From contig CBDAPV010000002.1 of the NCBI GenBank assembly GCA_965198715.1, forward strand, positions 388,807-452,806: a stretch of 64,000 bases of DNA. The letters run 5' to 3'. Source of the DNA: Beijerinckiaceae bacterium (GTDB lineage Bacteria > Pseudomonadota > Alphaproteobacteria > Rhizobiales > Beijerinckiaceae). The notes beneath the pieces are model-generated. The model was not told the DNA's origin. It worked only from the letters and a program-made list of their open reading frames with translations, and made no database searches. Of the stretch, positions 45,846 through 56,146 are shown piece by piece. The translations under genes were made by a program, and so were the position numbers. Numbering within the stretch: position 1 is the first letter of the stretch; every line of letters begins with the position of its first letter.

Positions 45846-47216
45846 CTATTCCGCCGGAGCGGGCGCCGACTGTGCATGCACATTGCGGTCCGGTGAGGCG
45901 AGGTACTCGTCCTCGATCGTGTCGCGGGTCTTGCCGACGACCAGCCGCGAGCCTCGCCCGTAGGTAAAGAATGCCCACGCCCAGTTGGTGAAGACCATGA
46001 TCCTGTTGCGGAAGCCGATCAGCAGAAGCAGATGGACGAGCGACCATGCCAGCCAGGCGACCCTGCCGGTCAGCTTCATGCCGAGCAGTACGGCTATGGC
46101 GTGGGAGCGGCCGATCACCGCCATCGTGCCGAGATCGGTGTACTTGAACGGGCCCGGGTGCTTGGTCACGCCGATACGGCTCGCCACCACCTTGGCGACG
46201 TAGGCGCCCTGCTGCTTGGCGACGGGCGCCAGCGCCGGCAGCGCCTTGCCATCCTTGGTCTTATAGCTCGAAACATCGCCGATGGCGAAGATCTCGGGAT
46301 GGCCGGGCACAGAACAGTCGCTGGTCACCTCGACGGCGTTGTTCTTCGCGGCCTTGGCGCCGATCCACTGCGCCGCCGGCTCGGCCCGTGTGCCGGCCGC
46401 CCAGAACACGTTGGCGGCCTCGATGCGCGTGCCGTCCTTCAGCGTGATGCCGCTCGCGTCGATCCGGTCGCACGGCGCGTTCAGCACGACCTCGACGCCC
46501 AGATCCTCGAGCGCCTTCTTGGCGTAGGTCGACAGCCGCTCGGGAAACTCGCCGAGGATCTTCGGCGCGGCGTCGACGAGCATGATGCGCGCCTTGGATG
46601 GATCGATGTGGCGATATTCCGACTTCAACGTAGCGCGCGACAACTCGGCCAGCGAACCGGACAGCTCGACTCCGGTGGGACCGCCGCCGACCACGACGAA
46701 GGTCGTCAGCGCCTTCACCTCGTCCGGATCGGTGCGGGTTTCCGCCCAGTCGAAGGACTCCAGAATACGCCGGCGGATCTGCAGCGCGTCGGGCAATGTC
46801 TTGAGAACAGCGGCGTGCTTGGCCCATTCGTCATGGCCGAACCAGGCGTAGGCCGAACCCGTCGCGAGGATGAGGTAGTCGTAGTCGATGGAGCCGGTGT
46901 CGCGGACGCAGACTTGGCGCTTGTCCTTGTCGACGCCCTCGACCTCGCCGAACACGACGGACACGTTCTTGTGGGTGCCAAGCAGCGCGCGGATGGGCGA
47001 GGCGATGTCCGAGGGCGCCAGCGCCGCGGTCGACACCTGGTATAAGAGCGGCTGGAACAGATGATGGTTGGTGCGGTCGATCAGCACCAGCTCGACGTCG
47101 AGCTTGGCGATATGCATCGCCGCCTGCAGGCCGCCGAAGCCGCAGCCGACGATCGCGATGATCGGCTTGCCGGCTTGCTTGCGGGTGAACAGGACGGGCT
47201 GGTTCTCGGTCGGCAT
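45846..47216 (-). CDS. ndh: Type II NADH dehydrogenase (NDH-2) / NAD(P)/FAD-dependent oxidoreductase
   Basis: Start MPTENQP...IAIVGCGFGGL; second Rossmann fold VVVGGGPTGVE; the track ORF is artificially extended to 49040. Confidence 0.8.
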   Translation of the reverse strand: MPTENQPVLFTRKQAGKPIIAIVGCGFGGLQAAMHIAKLDVELVLIDRTNHHLFQPLLYQVSTAALAPSDIASPIRALLGTHKNVSVVFGEVEGVDKDKRQVCVRDTGSIDYDYLILATGSAYAWFGHDEWAKHAAVLKTLPDALQIRRRILESFDWAETRTDPDEVKALTTFVVVGGGPTGVELSGSLAELSRATLKSEYRHIDPSKARIMLVDAAPKILGEFPERLSTYAKKALEDLGVEVVLNAPCDRIDASGITLKDGTRIEAANVFWAAGTRAEPAAQWIGAKAAKNNAVEVTSDCSVPGHPEIFAIGDVSSYKTKDGKALPALAPVAKQQGAYVAKVVASRIGVTKHPGPFKYTDLGTMAVIGRSHAIAVLLGMKLTGRVAWLAWSLVHLLLLIGFRNRIMVFTNWAWAFFTYGRGSRLVVGKTRDTIEDEYLASPDRNVHAQSAPAPAE

Positions 47217-47408
47217 GGCTGGCTCCGTTCGGGCTGGCCGGATCGCTGCGTTCATCATCGGGCGATGCGCAGGCGGATCAACGGGGTGAGATGGCGATAT
47301 CGCGACAAGCTCTAGATGTAGGACGCTGTGCAGTCGCAGCAATTTTTGTTCGCGGGTGCGAAAGAAGGCTTCGTGCCAGCCCGGGACAAGCTTGGTGCGC
47401 GAGGATAG

Positions 47409-48221
47409 GTGGCATCCATCCGAGTGTCGTCCGTGCTCACCACCACCGCCGCCTATCTCTCGATCTCCAACAATCTCGCTCGCCAACAGGCGGCGACGGC
47501 GTCGGACCCGCAGGTCAAGAACGACACCGCCTACTATCTCGCCAACATCGGCAACGTGAAAAGCATCGCGGACCTGGTCGGTAACTACCGCCTCTTCTCC
47601 TATGCCATGAAGGCCTATGGCCTGGAGGACATGGATTACGCCAAGGGCTTGATGACCAAGGTGCTCGAGGGCGGCACCACAAGCTCGAGCGCCCTTGCCA
47701 ACACCCTGACCGACAAACGCTATCTCGCCTTCGCCCAGGCTTTCGACTTCGCCGGCCAGGGCGCCGCCGCCACGCAGGCGACGACGGCGACGAGCGGAAC
47801 CACGGCCAAGTACGTCGAGCAGTCGCTCGAGGACACGCAGGGTCAGCAGAACCAGGGCGTGCAGCTCGCGCTCTACTTCACCCGTAACGCGTCCTCCATC
47901 ACCAACGTCTACGGGCTTCTCGCCGACCCGAACATGCTCAAGGTGGTGCAGACCGCCTTCGGTCTGCCGGCCTCGGCCACCGTCGACATCGATTCCGAGG
48001 CCGCGACGCTGGGTAAGCTCGTCAGCGTGTCGGATCTCCAGGATCCGGCCAAGGTCCAGAAGATCGCCGAGCGCTTCACCGCGATGTGGGATCTCTCCGG
48101 CAACAACACCTCGTCTGATTCCACCAACATCTCGCAGATCTTCGCCAGCTCGTCGTCGTCCTCCGGCTTCTCCAGCGACCTGCTTCTCAGCCTGCAAGGC
48201 CTGAAACTCGGAGGCGCCTGA
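47409..48221 (+). CDS. DUF1217-domain protein, flagellar-cluster associated
   Basis: 270 aa; opens the flagellar operon immediately upstream of flgF. Confidence 0.55.
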   Translation: MASIRVSSVLTTTAAYLSISNNLARQQAATASDPQVKNDTAYYLANIGNVKSIADLVGNYRLFSYAMKAYGLEDMDYAKGLMTKVLEGGTTSSSALANTLTDKRYLAFAQAFDFAGQGAAATQATTATSGTTAKYVEQSLEDTQGQQNQGVQLALYFTRNASSITNVYGLLADPNMLKVVQTAFGLPASATVDIDSEAATLGKLVSVSDLQDPAKVQKIAERFTAMWDLSGNNTSSDSTNISQIFASSSSSSGFSSDLLLSLQGLKLGGA

Positions 48222-48224
48222 GCG

Positions 48225-48950
48225 ATGCGCACCAATCTCTACGTTTCGATGTCCGGCCAGATCGCGCTGGAGAAGCGCCTCGCCACCGTGGCGTCGAACA
48301 TCGCCAACATGAACACCGCCGGCTTTCGCGCCCAGGGCGTGTCGTTCTCCTCCGTCCTGTCCAAGGCCGGCGAGCGGCCCGCCGCCTACGTCTCGGCCGG
48401 CACCGATTACGTCTCGCGCGCACAAGGATCGGTGAACAAAACCGACAATCCGCTCGACGTGGCGATACAGGGCGATGCCTTCTTCGCGGTGAAGACGCCC
48501 GCCGGCACCGCCTACACGCGCGACGGTCGATTTCAGATGACCTCGACCGGCGAGCTGCAAACTCTGAACGGCTATCCCGTGCTCGATGCCGGCGGCGCCA
48601 ACATGCTGCTCAACAGCGACGCTGGGCCGCCGATGATCTCCGCCGACGGCATGATGACGCAAAACGGCCAGCAGATCAGCGCGATCGGCATGTTCTCGCT
48701 GCCGCCGGACGCGACGCTCACGCGCTATGACAATTCGGCCGTGTTGACCGACAAGCCGGCGGAGCCGGTGCTCGACTTTACGCACAACAATGTCGTCCAG
48801 GGTTTCAGCGAGGGCTCCAACGTCAACCCCGTCCTCGAGATGACCAAGCTGATCGAGATCCAGCGGGCCTTCGACGGCCTGACCAACACCATGCAGTCGA
48901 GCGAGGGCAGCCTGCAGGACGCGATCAAGACGCTCGGATCGACGTCGTGA
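48225..48950 (+). CDS. flgF: Flagellar basal-body rod protein FlgF
   Basis: Rod N-terminal (VASNIANMNTAGFR) and C-terminal conserved regions. Confidence 0.85.
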   Translation: MRTNLYVSMSGQIALEKRLATVASNIANMNTAGFRAQGVSFSSVLSKAGERPAAYVSAGTDYVSRAQGSVNKTDNPLDVAIQGDAFFAVKTPAGTAYTRDGRFQMTSTGELQTLNGYPVLDAGGANMLLNSDAGPPMISADGMMTQNGQQISAIGMFSLPPDATLTRYDNSAVLTDKPAEPVLDFTHNNVVQGFSEGSNVNPVLEMTKLIEIQRAFDGLTNTMQSSEGSLQDAIKTLGSTS

Positions 48951-48963
48951 CGGGTGCGCGGCC

Positions 48964-50295
48964 GTGAACGCGCTCGAACGGCTCGCCGACGCAGCGGCGC
49001 GGCTCGCCGCTCCCGGTGCCCTCGTCGATGTCTTCGGCACCGTCAGCTCGATCTCGCCGTCGACCTACCGCGTGCGCGGGCTCTCCCCTTTCGTCCGGCT
49101 CGGCGATTGCGTCGCCACCGCTGAAGCCCGCGACAACCGCCACGGTGAGGTCGTGCGCATCGAGGCCGATACGGTCACGGTGAAGCCGTTCGGCGCCGTC
49201 GTCGACGTTGGGCTCGGCTCGACCGTGGTCAAGGCGGACGGCGTCGCCGTGGCGCCGGCGCCATCCTGGCGTGGGCGCATCGTCGATGCGCTGGGGCGCC
49301 CGCTCGATGGTCTCGGCTCGCTCGAGACGGGGCCGGAGCATCGCTCGATCCATGCCGAGCCGCCGCCGGCGCTCGGGCGCGGTCGCGTCAAGGTCGCGTG
49401 CCGCACCGGCGTGCGCGTGCTCGACATCTTCACGCCGCTCTGTCACGGGCAGCGCATCGGCATCTTCGCCGGTTCGGGCGTCGGCAAATCGACGCTGCTC
49501 GGCATGATGGCCGCCTGCAAGGGCTTCGACACCGTGGTGATCGCCCTCGTCGGAGAGCGCGGCCGAGAGGTGCGCGAGTTCATCGAGGAGTCGCTCGGGG
49601 CCAACCGCGCGCTCGCCGTCACCGTGGTGGCGACGGGCGACGACAGTGCGCTGATGCGCAAGATGGCGCCGCTGACCGCGATGACCATCGCCGAATGGTT
49701 TCGCGACCGCGGCGACAAGGTCCTGCTGATGGTCGACAGTGTGACGCGCTACGCCCATGCCGCGCGTGACGTGGCGCTGTCGGCCGGCGAGCCCGCGGTC
49801 GCGCGCGGCTACGCGCCGAGTGTCTTCACCGACTTGCCCAAGCTGCTCGAGCGCGCAGGTCCCGGTCGCGACGGCTCGGGCTCGATCACCGGCCTCTTCG
49901 CCGTACTCGTCGATGGCGACGACCATAATGATCCCGTCGCCGACTGCATTCGCGGTACGCTCGACGGCCATGTCGTACTCGACCGCGCCATCGCCGACTC
50001 CGCCCGCTACCCCGCCGTTGACGTGCTCGGCTCCATTTCGCGCCTGGCCCACCAGGTCTGGACACCCGACCAGCGCACGCTGGTCACTAAGCTGCGGGCG
50101 ATGATCTCCCGCTACGAGAGCACGCGCGATCTGCGTTTGATGGGTGGGCTACAAACCGGCGCCGATCCCGATCTCGACCAGGCAGTGACGCTGACACCCC
50201 TCATCTACGACGCCCTGATCCAGGGGCCGAGCAATCCGCCGAGCGCCGACGCCTTTCGCGAGCTTGCCGAAGCGCTGAACAGGACGAGATCATGA
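48964..50295 (+). CDS. fliI: Flagellum-specific ATP synthase FliI
   Basis: Walker A GSGVGKSTLL; F1/T3SS-ATPase family. Confidence 0.95.
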   Translation: MNALERLADAAARLAAPGALVDVFGTVSSISPSTYRVRGLSPFVRLGDCVATAEARDNRHGEVVRIEADTVTVKPFGAVVDVGLGSTVVKADGVAVAPAPSWRGRIVDALGRPLDGLGSLETGPEHRSIHAEPPPALGRGRVKVACRTGVRVLDIFTPLCHGQRIGIFAGSGVGKSTLLGMMAACKGFDTVVIALVGERGREVREFIEESLGANRALAVTVVATGDDSALMRKMAPLTAMTIAEWFRDRGDKVLLMVDSVTRYAHAARDVALSAGEPAVARGYAPSVFTDLPKLLERAGPGRDGSGSITGLFAVLVDGDDHNDPVADCIRGTLDGHVVLDRAIADSARYPAVDVLGSISRLAHQVWTPDQRTLVTKLRAMISRYESTRDLRLMGGLQTGADPDLDQAVTLTPLIYDALIQGPSNPPSADAFRELAEALNRTRS

Positions 50296-50789
50296 CCTTG
50301 CATAAGCCGACCCGTGCCGCGTTTCGTTTTACCGGGGACCATGCCCTCGGGGTCACCGGCGTCTGCCTGGCGGCGGGCTCCGCGGTTTTCGGCATCGGCA
50401 TGGCGCTGCATGGGCCGGCGGCTTCCTTCGGCACCGGCAAGGACTTCACCGTCTTCGCGCAATTCGCGCCGCACACCGCGAAGCCGGTGGACCGGCCGGC
50501 GATGCCGGATGGTACCAAGAACGGCATCGAGGATCTCGACATGACGGCGACGGCATCGATCCCGAAGTCCGACGCCGTCTCTCCCGACGCGGGGGACGCG
50601 GCGATCATCCCGGCTGTCACGCTCGAAGCGGTGGGAACCGACAGCGCCACCGTAGTAATTGGAGGGAGCAGCCGCGTGGTGCGCGTCGGCGACGAGGTGC
50701 CGGGCGCCGGCCACGTTATCGCCATTCTGCCGGGTGCAAAGCCGATGCTGAAGACCTCGCGCGGGCTGATCGTGCCCGCGGCCGAATAG
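50292..50789 (+). CDS. Hypothetical flagellar-cluster protein (conserved orf between fliI and flgB in Rhizobiales)
   Basis: 165 aa; start overlaps the fliI stop (ATGA). Confidence 0.45.
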   Translation: MTLHKPTRAAFRFTGDHALGVTGVCLAAGSAVFGIGMALHGPAASFGTGKDFTVFAQFAPHTAKPVDRPAMPDGTKNGIEDLDMTATASIPKSDAVSPDAGDAAIIPAVTLEAVGTDSATVVIGGSSRVVRVGDEVPGAGHVIAILPGAKPMLKTSRGLIVPAAE

Positions 50790-50864
50790 AGTCTTCGCTT
50801 CCGAACAAAAGGGTAAGCCTGGAGCAAGCTCGCTGTATCAAAGTCGTACGGTCAACAAGAAACC

Positions 50865-51260
50865 GTGGACCCCATGGAGCCGATACAGCTCTTCGATATC
50901 GCCACCCGGAAGAGCGCGTGGCTCGCCGCCCGTCAGGCGACGCTGGCTGGCAACGTCGCCAATGCCAACACGCCGGGCTACCATGCCAAGGACGTCGCGC
51001 CTTTTGCCGACGTGCTCGCCAGGACGCAGCTCGAACTCGCCTCAACCGATGGCGCTCATCTCTCGCTCGCCGCGACCGGTGAGGCAGGTGGCGCCGGGAA
51101 GGCCGACGAGGTGAACACCTTCGACGTGTCGGAGAGCGGTAACGACGTGGGCATCGAAGGCCAGATGATGAAGGCCGGCGAGGTCAACCGAGATTACGCT
51201 TTGACGACCAACATCGTCAAGAGCTTCCACAACATGCTCCTGGCGAGCCTGAAAGGGTAG
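50865..51260 (+). CDS. flgB: Flagellar basal-body rod protein FlgB
   Basis: 131 aa; [13 protein letters not shown] rod motif. Confidence 0.85.
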   Translation: MDPMEPIQLFDIATRKSAWLAARQATLAGNVANANTPGYHAKDVAPFADVLARTQLELASTDGAHLSLAATGEAGGAGKADEVNTFDVSESGNDVGIEGQMMKAGEVNRDYALTTNIVKSFHNMLLASLKG

Positions 51261-51265
51261 GGCTG

Positions 51266-51688
51266 ATGATCGATCCCCTCCAGGCCTCGCTGAAGATCGC
51301 CTCGTCGGGCCTTTCGGCGAACTCGGCGCGGATGCGCGTCGCTTCCGAGAACATCGCCAACGCTCGTTCCACGGCATCGACCGCCGATGCCGATCCCTAT
51401 CGTCGCAAGACCATCTCCTTCGAGAACGCGCTCGACGCGGCGAGCGGCGCCGATCTGGTCCAGATCGCCGACATCGGCACCGATCAATCGCCTTTTACGG
51501 TCGAGCACGATCCGGGCAATCCGGTTGCCGACGCGAAAGGATTCGTAAAGCTCCCGAATGTTAACCTTATTACAGAAATGGCCGACATGCGTGAAGCCAA
51601 CCATGGCTACGAGGCCAACCTTCAGGTCGCCAAGCAGTCACGCGACCTGATCTCGATGACTATCGACCTCCTAAAGGGATCATCATGA
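51266..51688 (+). CDS. flgC: Flagellar basal-body rod protein FlgC
   Basis: 140 aa; [12 protein letters not shown] and [13 protein letters not shown] motifs. Confidence 0.9.
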   Translation: MIDPLQASLKIASSGLSANSARMRVASENIANARSTASTADADPYRRKTISFENALDAASGADLVQIADIGTDQSPFTVEHDPGNPVADAKGFVKLPNVNLITEMADMREANHGYEANLQVAKQSRDLISMTIDLLKGSS

Positions 51689-51996
51689 TAGCCGCACTTC
51701 CTTTGATTACCTCGGCCGTCGGATCCTTGTTCGGGTCGAGCGCCCCGACCGCAGCCGCGAGCACCACCGCGACCGCCGGGGACAGCTTCTCATCGCTTCT
51801 CGCCTCGTTCTCGAAGGACACGGTGGGCGCGATGCAGACCGGCGAGTCGATGTCGATCGCCGGCATCCAGGGCAAGGCCACCACGCAGTCGGTCGTCGAG
51901 GCCGTCATGTCGGCGCAGGAGAAGCTGCAGACGGCGCTGGCGGTACGCGACAAGGCGGTCGCCGCGTTCACGGACGTCACTCGAATGTCGATCTGA
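51685..51996 (+). CDS. fliE: Flagellar hook-basal body complex protein FliE
   Basis: 103 aa; position and FliE C-terminal motif. Confidence 0.75.
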   Translation: MIAALPLITSAVGSLFGSSAPTAAASTTATAGDSFSSLLASFSKDTVGAMQTGESMSIAGIQGKATTQSVVEAVMSAQEKLQTALAVRDKAVAAFTDVTRMSI

Positions 51997-52008
51997 GGAC
52001 CTGAACCC

Positions 52009-52797
52009 ATGCGAGCCCTCACGATCGCCGCGACCGGCATGAATGCGCAGACGACCAACGTCGAGGTCATCGCCAACAATATCGCCAACATCAACACCAC
52101 CGGTTTCAAGCGTGCCCGCGCCGAGTTCACCGACCTGCTCTACGAGACCCAGCGGCTTCAGGGCGTCTCCTCGCGCGGCAACCAGGGCGTGGTGCCGGAA
52201 GGCGCGCAGCTGGGCCTCGGCGTGAAGACGGCTGCGATCCGCAACCTGCATATCCAGGGCGTGCTGACCCAGACCGGCAACCAGTTCGACCTCGCCATCC
52301 AGGGCCGCGGCTGGTTCCAGGTCACCGACGCCAACGGCAACACCAACTACACGCGTGCCGGCAGCTTCAACACCAACGCGCAGGGCCAGCTCGTCACGCT
52401 CGATGGCAATCTCGTCACGCCCAACGTCGTGGTGCCGCCGAACACCACCGCCGTTACGGTGAGCCAGTCCGGCATCGTCAGCGCGACGGTTGCGGGTAAT
52501 GGCACGCCGGTGTCTTTGGGACAGCTCACGCTCGCCAATTTCGCCAACGACGCAGGTTTGCAGCCGCTCGGCAGCAACCTCTTCCAGGAGACGACCGCAT
52601 CGGGCACGCCGGTCGTCGGCGTGCCCGGCGATCCCGGCATCGGGACGGTCACGCAGGGCTACCTCGAGGCCTCCAACGTCGATCCGGTGGCTGAGATCAC
52701 CAATCTCATCTCGGCGCAGCGCGCCTACGAGATGAACTCCAAGGTGATCCAGGCGGCGGACAAGATGAGCGAGACGCTCTCCACCGGCATCCGTTAG
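52009..52797 (+). CDS. flgG: Flagellar basal-body distal rod protein FlgG
   Basis: 262 aa; [14 protein letters not shown] and [13 protein letters not shown] motifs. Confidence 0.95.
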   Translation: MRALTIAATGMNAQTTNVEVIANNIANINTTGFKRARAEFTDLLYETQRLQGVSSRGNQGVVPEGAQLGLGVKTAAIRNLHIQGVLTQTGNQFDLAIQGRGWFQVTDANGNTNYTRAGSFNTNAQGQLVTLDGNLVTPNVVVPPNTTAVTVSQSGIVSATVAGNGTPVSLGQLTLANFANDAGLQPLGSNLFQETTASGTPVVGVPGDPGIGTVTQGYLEASNVDPVAEITNLISAQRAYEMNSKVIQAADKMSETLSTGIR

Positions 52798-52823
52798 CCG
52801 ATAGCCCTGGACGAGCACGAACC

Positions 52824-53267
52824 ATGCAGCGCCTCCTCGCAATCCTGCTCGCCGCCGCATTCACCGCGCCGGTCGTCGCGGCCGAGCGCCGGCCGGTCCC
52901 GGCCGTCACGATCTATCCCGGCGACATCATCCGAGAGGAGCAGCTCGCCGAGCAGGACTTCCCCGACGCCGTCGCGTCCTCCGCCTTCGCGTCGAACCGC
53001 ACGATGCTGGTCGGCAAGGTGGCGCGGCGCACGCTGCTGCCGGGCAAGCCGATCGCGGCCAACGCGGTCGGCGAGCCGCGGCTGATCACCGTCGGCGCCC
53101 GCGTGAAGGTGATCTACGAGGATGGCGGGCTGAACATCATGGCTTATGGTGCGGCGCTGCAGGCCGGCGTCGCCGGCGATTTCGTGTCCGTCCGCAACGT
53201 CGAGAGCGGCGTGACCGTTTCGGGCACGGTGTCGCCCGACGGATCGGTACGCGTGGGTCCGGGTTGA
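52824..53267 (+). CDS. flgA: Flagellar P-ring assembly chaperone FlgA
   Basis: 147 aa, signal peptide, SAF domain-like; conserved position. Confidence 0.7.
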   Translation: MQRLLAILLAAAFTAPVVAAERRPVPAVTIYPGDIIREEQLAEQDFPDAVASSAFASNRTMLVGKVARRTLLPGKPIAANAVGEPRLITVGARVKVIYEDGGLNIMAYGAALQAGVAGDFVSVRNVESGVTVSGTVSPDGSVRVGPG

Positions 53268-54370
53268 TGGTGCGCTGGCTCTTCTCCCTTATCGGCGTGC
53301 TCGTGTTGTCGATCGCGACGGCGCAAGCCAGCGTGCGCATCAAGGATATCACCGACGTCGAGGGCGTGCGCGACAACCAGCTCGTCGGCTACGGCCTCGT
53401 CATCGGACTGGCGGGCACCGGCGACACGCTGCGCAACGCGCCCTTCACCGAGCAGACGATCCAGTCGATGCTCGATCGTCTAGGTATCAACGTGCGCAAC
53501 CAAAGCCTGCGCACCCGCAACATCGCAGCCGTGCTGGTCACGGCCAACCTGCCGCCCTTCATGAACGTCGGCGGCAAGATCGACATCACCGTCTCCTCGA
53601 TGGGTGACGCGACCTCGCTGCTCGGCGGACAGCTCGTGATGACGCCACTATCGGGCGCCGACGGTCGCGTGCACGCCGTGGCGCAGGGGCAGGTGGCCGT
53701 CTCCGGTTTCGCCGCCACGGGGCAGGCCGAGAGCTACTCGCAGGGCGTGCCCACCGCGGGGCGTATCCCCGGGGGCGCCACCATCGAGCTGCCGAACTCC
53801 ACCCGACCTGGCGATGTGGGTCCCCTCGCGCTCGACCTGAAGAACCCCGATTTCATGACCGCGGTCCGCGTCGCCGACGCCATCAACGAGTTCACGCAGC
53901 AGCGCTGGGGCTTCCACGCCGCGCGCGAGCGCGACTACCGATCGATCGTCCTGGCGCTACCGCCGGGCATGCACGCCACCCGCTTCATTGCCGAGATCGG
54001 CATGCTGATGGTCGAGCCCGACATCGAGGCCAGGGTGGTGATCGACGCGCGAACCGGCACGATCGTCATTGGCCAGGACGTGCAGATCTCGACCGTGGCG
54101 GTGACCCACGGCAACCTCGTCGTGCGCATCACCGAGACGCCTGAAGTGTCGCAACCGGCGCCCTTCTCGAAGGGCAAGACCGTCGTGGTGCCGCGCACCG
54201 ACGTCGATGCCAAGGAGCAAGGCGGCCAGATGCGCATCGTCGGCGGCACGACCCTGCGCAAGCTCGTCAACGGTTTGAACCAGATCGGCCTCAAGCCCTC
54301 GGGCATCATCGCCATCCTTCAGGCGATCAAGTCGGCGGGCGCGCTGCAGGCCGAGCTCGTCACGCAGTAG
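53264..54370 (+). CDS. flgI: Flagellar P-ring protein FlgI
   Basis: 368 aa; LVGYGLVIGLAGTGD motif. Confidence 0.95.
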   Translation: MMVRWLFSLIGVLVLSIATAQASVRIKDITDVEGVRDNQLVGYGLVIGLAGTGDTLRNAPFTEQTIQSMLDRLGINVRNQSLRTRNIAAVLVTANLPPFMNVGGKIDITVSSMGDATSLLGGQLVMTPLSGADGRVHAVAQGQVAVSGFAATGQAESYSQGVPTAGRIPGGATIELPNSTRPGDVGPLALDLKNPDFMTAVRVADAINEFTQQRWGFHAARERDYRSIVLALPPGMHATRFIAEIGMLMVEPDIEARVVIDARTGTIVIGQDVQISTVAVTHGNLVVRITETPEVSQPAPFSKGKTVVVPRTDVDAKEQGGQMRIVGGTTLRKLVNGLNQIGLKPSGIIAILQAIKSAGALQAELVTQ

Positions 54371-54421
54371 CGCGTCGGCCGCGCCAGCCCGACACAAGCT
54401 TATTGGGCCAATCTTCCCGTC

Positions 54422-54955
54422 ATGATCGACGGGCATCCCCACTCCGACCCACTTAAGCGAGCGGCTCGCGTCGGGCTTCTCGCCCTGCTTGCCGGCATGA
54501 CGGCCGGGGCGGCCAGCGCCGGCGAAATGGCCCGGCCGCCGCAGTCGCCGACGACCCCCGAGGTCAGGACCTACTGCCAGAACATTGCCGGCGCCGCCGC
54601 CGACGCGCGCTTTGCCTGGCAGACGCAGAAGCTCGAGAGCATGGAGACGCGGGTCAAGGCCGAGCTTGGGATCCTCGAGGCCAAGACGGCCGAGCTGCGG
54701 GCCTGGGCGACCAAGCGCGAGGACATCGAGCGCAAGGCCGGGGAGAAGCTCGTCGGCATCTATTCCAAGATGCGGCCGGAGACGGCGGCGACGCAGATCT
54801 CCACGCTCGACGACGCCATGGCGGCCGCCGTACTGGGCCAGCTCACGCCGCAGAAGGCCAGCTCCATCTTCAACGAGATCGTGCCCGAGCGCGCCGCCAA
54901 GCTCGCCACGTTGATCGCCGGTACGACCCCGCCGTCCGAAGAGAAGAAGCCGTGA
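54422..54955 (+). CDS. motE: MotE-like flagellar protein (MgtE-N-like fold)
   Basis: 177 aa, signal peptide, coiled-coil; sits between flgI and flgH exactly as motE does in Sinorhizobium/Agrobacterium. Confidence 0.55.
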   Translation: MIDGHPHSDPLKRAARVGLLALLAGMTAGAASAGEMARPPQSPTTPEVRTYCQNIAGAAADARFAWQTQKLESMETRVKAELGILEAKTAELRAWATKREDIERKAGEKLVGIYSKMRPETAATQISTLDDAMAAAVLGQLTPQKASSIFNEIVPERAAKLATLIAGTTPPSEEKKP

Positions 54956-55665
54956 GCCTGCGCCTTTCCAGCTTCGGTCTGGTCTTCGCCGCGCTGGCGC
55001 TCGGCGGCTGCGCGCAACGCCCGCAGGAGATCGGCCGCGAGCCGACACTGACGCCGGTCGGCTCCGGTGCGATCCCCAATGTCATGCCGCACACGCTCGC
55101 CTATGCCGCCGCGCCGCCTCCGGCCTTCAACTCGCTCTACACCGACGGCGCCAGTCTCTATCGCGATCCGCGCGCGATGAAGCCCGGCGACGTGCTGACG
55201 ATCCTCATCTCGATCAACGACAAGGCCTCGCTCGGCAACAACACCGACCGATCGCTGGACAGCGAGATCGACAACAAATTTGGTTTCACCGCCAACGGCG
55301 GCAAGGCCAGCAACACGGTCGGTGTCGGCAGCGAGATCACCAGCGGCTCGAAGAGCTCGGCCAACGGTCAGGGCACGATCGATCGTTCCGAGAAGATCCA
55401 GGTCAGCGTCGCCGGGGTCGTCACGGAACTGCTGCCCAACGGCAACCTAGTGGTCAGCGGCTCGCAGGAGATCCGCGTCAACTTCGAGATACGGCAGGTC
55501 TACGTTGCCGGCATCGTGCGCCCGCGCGACATCTCGAAGGACAACACGATCTCCTACGACAAGATCGCCGAGGCGCGCATCTCCTACGGCGGCCGCGGCC
55601 GCCTCACCGAGGTCCAGCAGCCGGCGGTCGGCCAGCAGATCTACGACGCGATCAAGCCCTTCTGA
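54952..55665 (+). CDS. flgH: Flagellar L-ring lipoprotein FlgH
   Basis: Lipobox LALGGC; FlgH conserved regions. Confidence 0.9.
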   Translation: MSLRLSSFGLVFAALALGGCAQRPQEIGREPTLTPVGSGAIPNVMPHTLAYAAAPPPAFNSLYTDGASLYRDPRAMKPGDVLTILISINDKASLGNNTDRSLDSEIDNKFGFTANGGKASNTVGVGSEITSGSKSSANGQGTIDRSEKIQVSVAGVVTELLPNGNLVVSGSQEIRVNFEIRQVYVAGIVRPRDISKDNTISYDKIAEARISYGGRGRLTEVQQPAVGQQIYDAIKPF

Positions 55666-55666
55666 G

Positions 55667-56146
55667 ATGGCGACGATGGACGCCGACACGAAGAGCAATT
55701 CGGCAGGCAGGGGCGGTTTCGTGATCACGCTCGTCACTCTGACCGTGCTCGCCGCAGTCGGCGGCGGGCTGGTCGGCAAGCTCGTCGCCCATCCGCGTGC
55801 CGCGTCCGGCGCGACCGAGGCGGCGACGGCGAAGCCGCTGCCCTATGCCGCCGACATCGAGGTCAGGGAGTTGCCCGCGATCGTCACCAACCTGGCCGTG
55901 CCGGTGGGAGCGCGCGTCAGGATGCAGGTGGCGATGGTCCTACCGAAGGCGGGTGTGGAGAACGCGAACCTGCTCGCCGCCAAGGTCAACGACGACATCA
56001 TCGCCTTCCTCAAGACGCTCACGGTCACCGAGTTGCAGGGGCCCAGCGGGCTGCAGGCGCTGCGCGAAGACCTGAACGAGCGCGCCGCCGTCCGCTCCGA
56101 CGGCAAGGTGCGCGAGATCATCATCGAAGCCCTGGTGGTTCAGTGA
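55667..56146 (+). CDS. fliL: Flagellar basal body-associated protein FliL
   Basis: Start MATMDAD; single TM; FliL C-terminal region; the track ORF starts upstream, out of frame with flgH. Confidence 0.75.
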   Translation: MATMDADTKSNSAGRGGFVITLVTLTVLAAVGGGLVGKLVAHPRAASGATEAATAKPLPYAADIEVRELPAIVTNLAVPVGARVRMQVAMVLPKAGVENANLLAAKVNDDIIAFLKTLTVTELQGPSGLQALREDLNERAAVRSDGKVREIIIEALVVQ

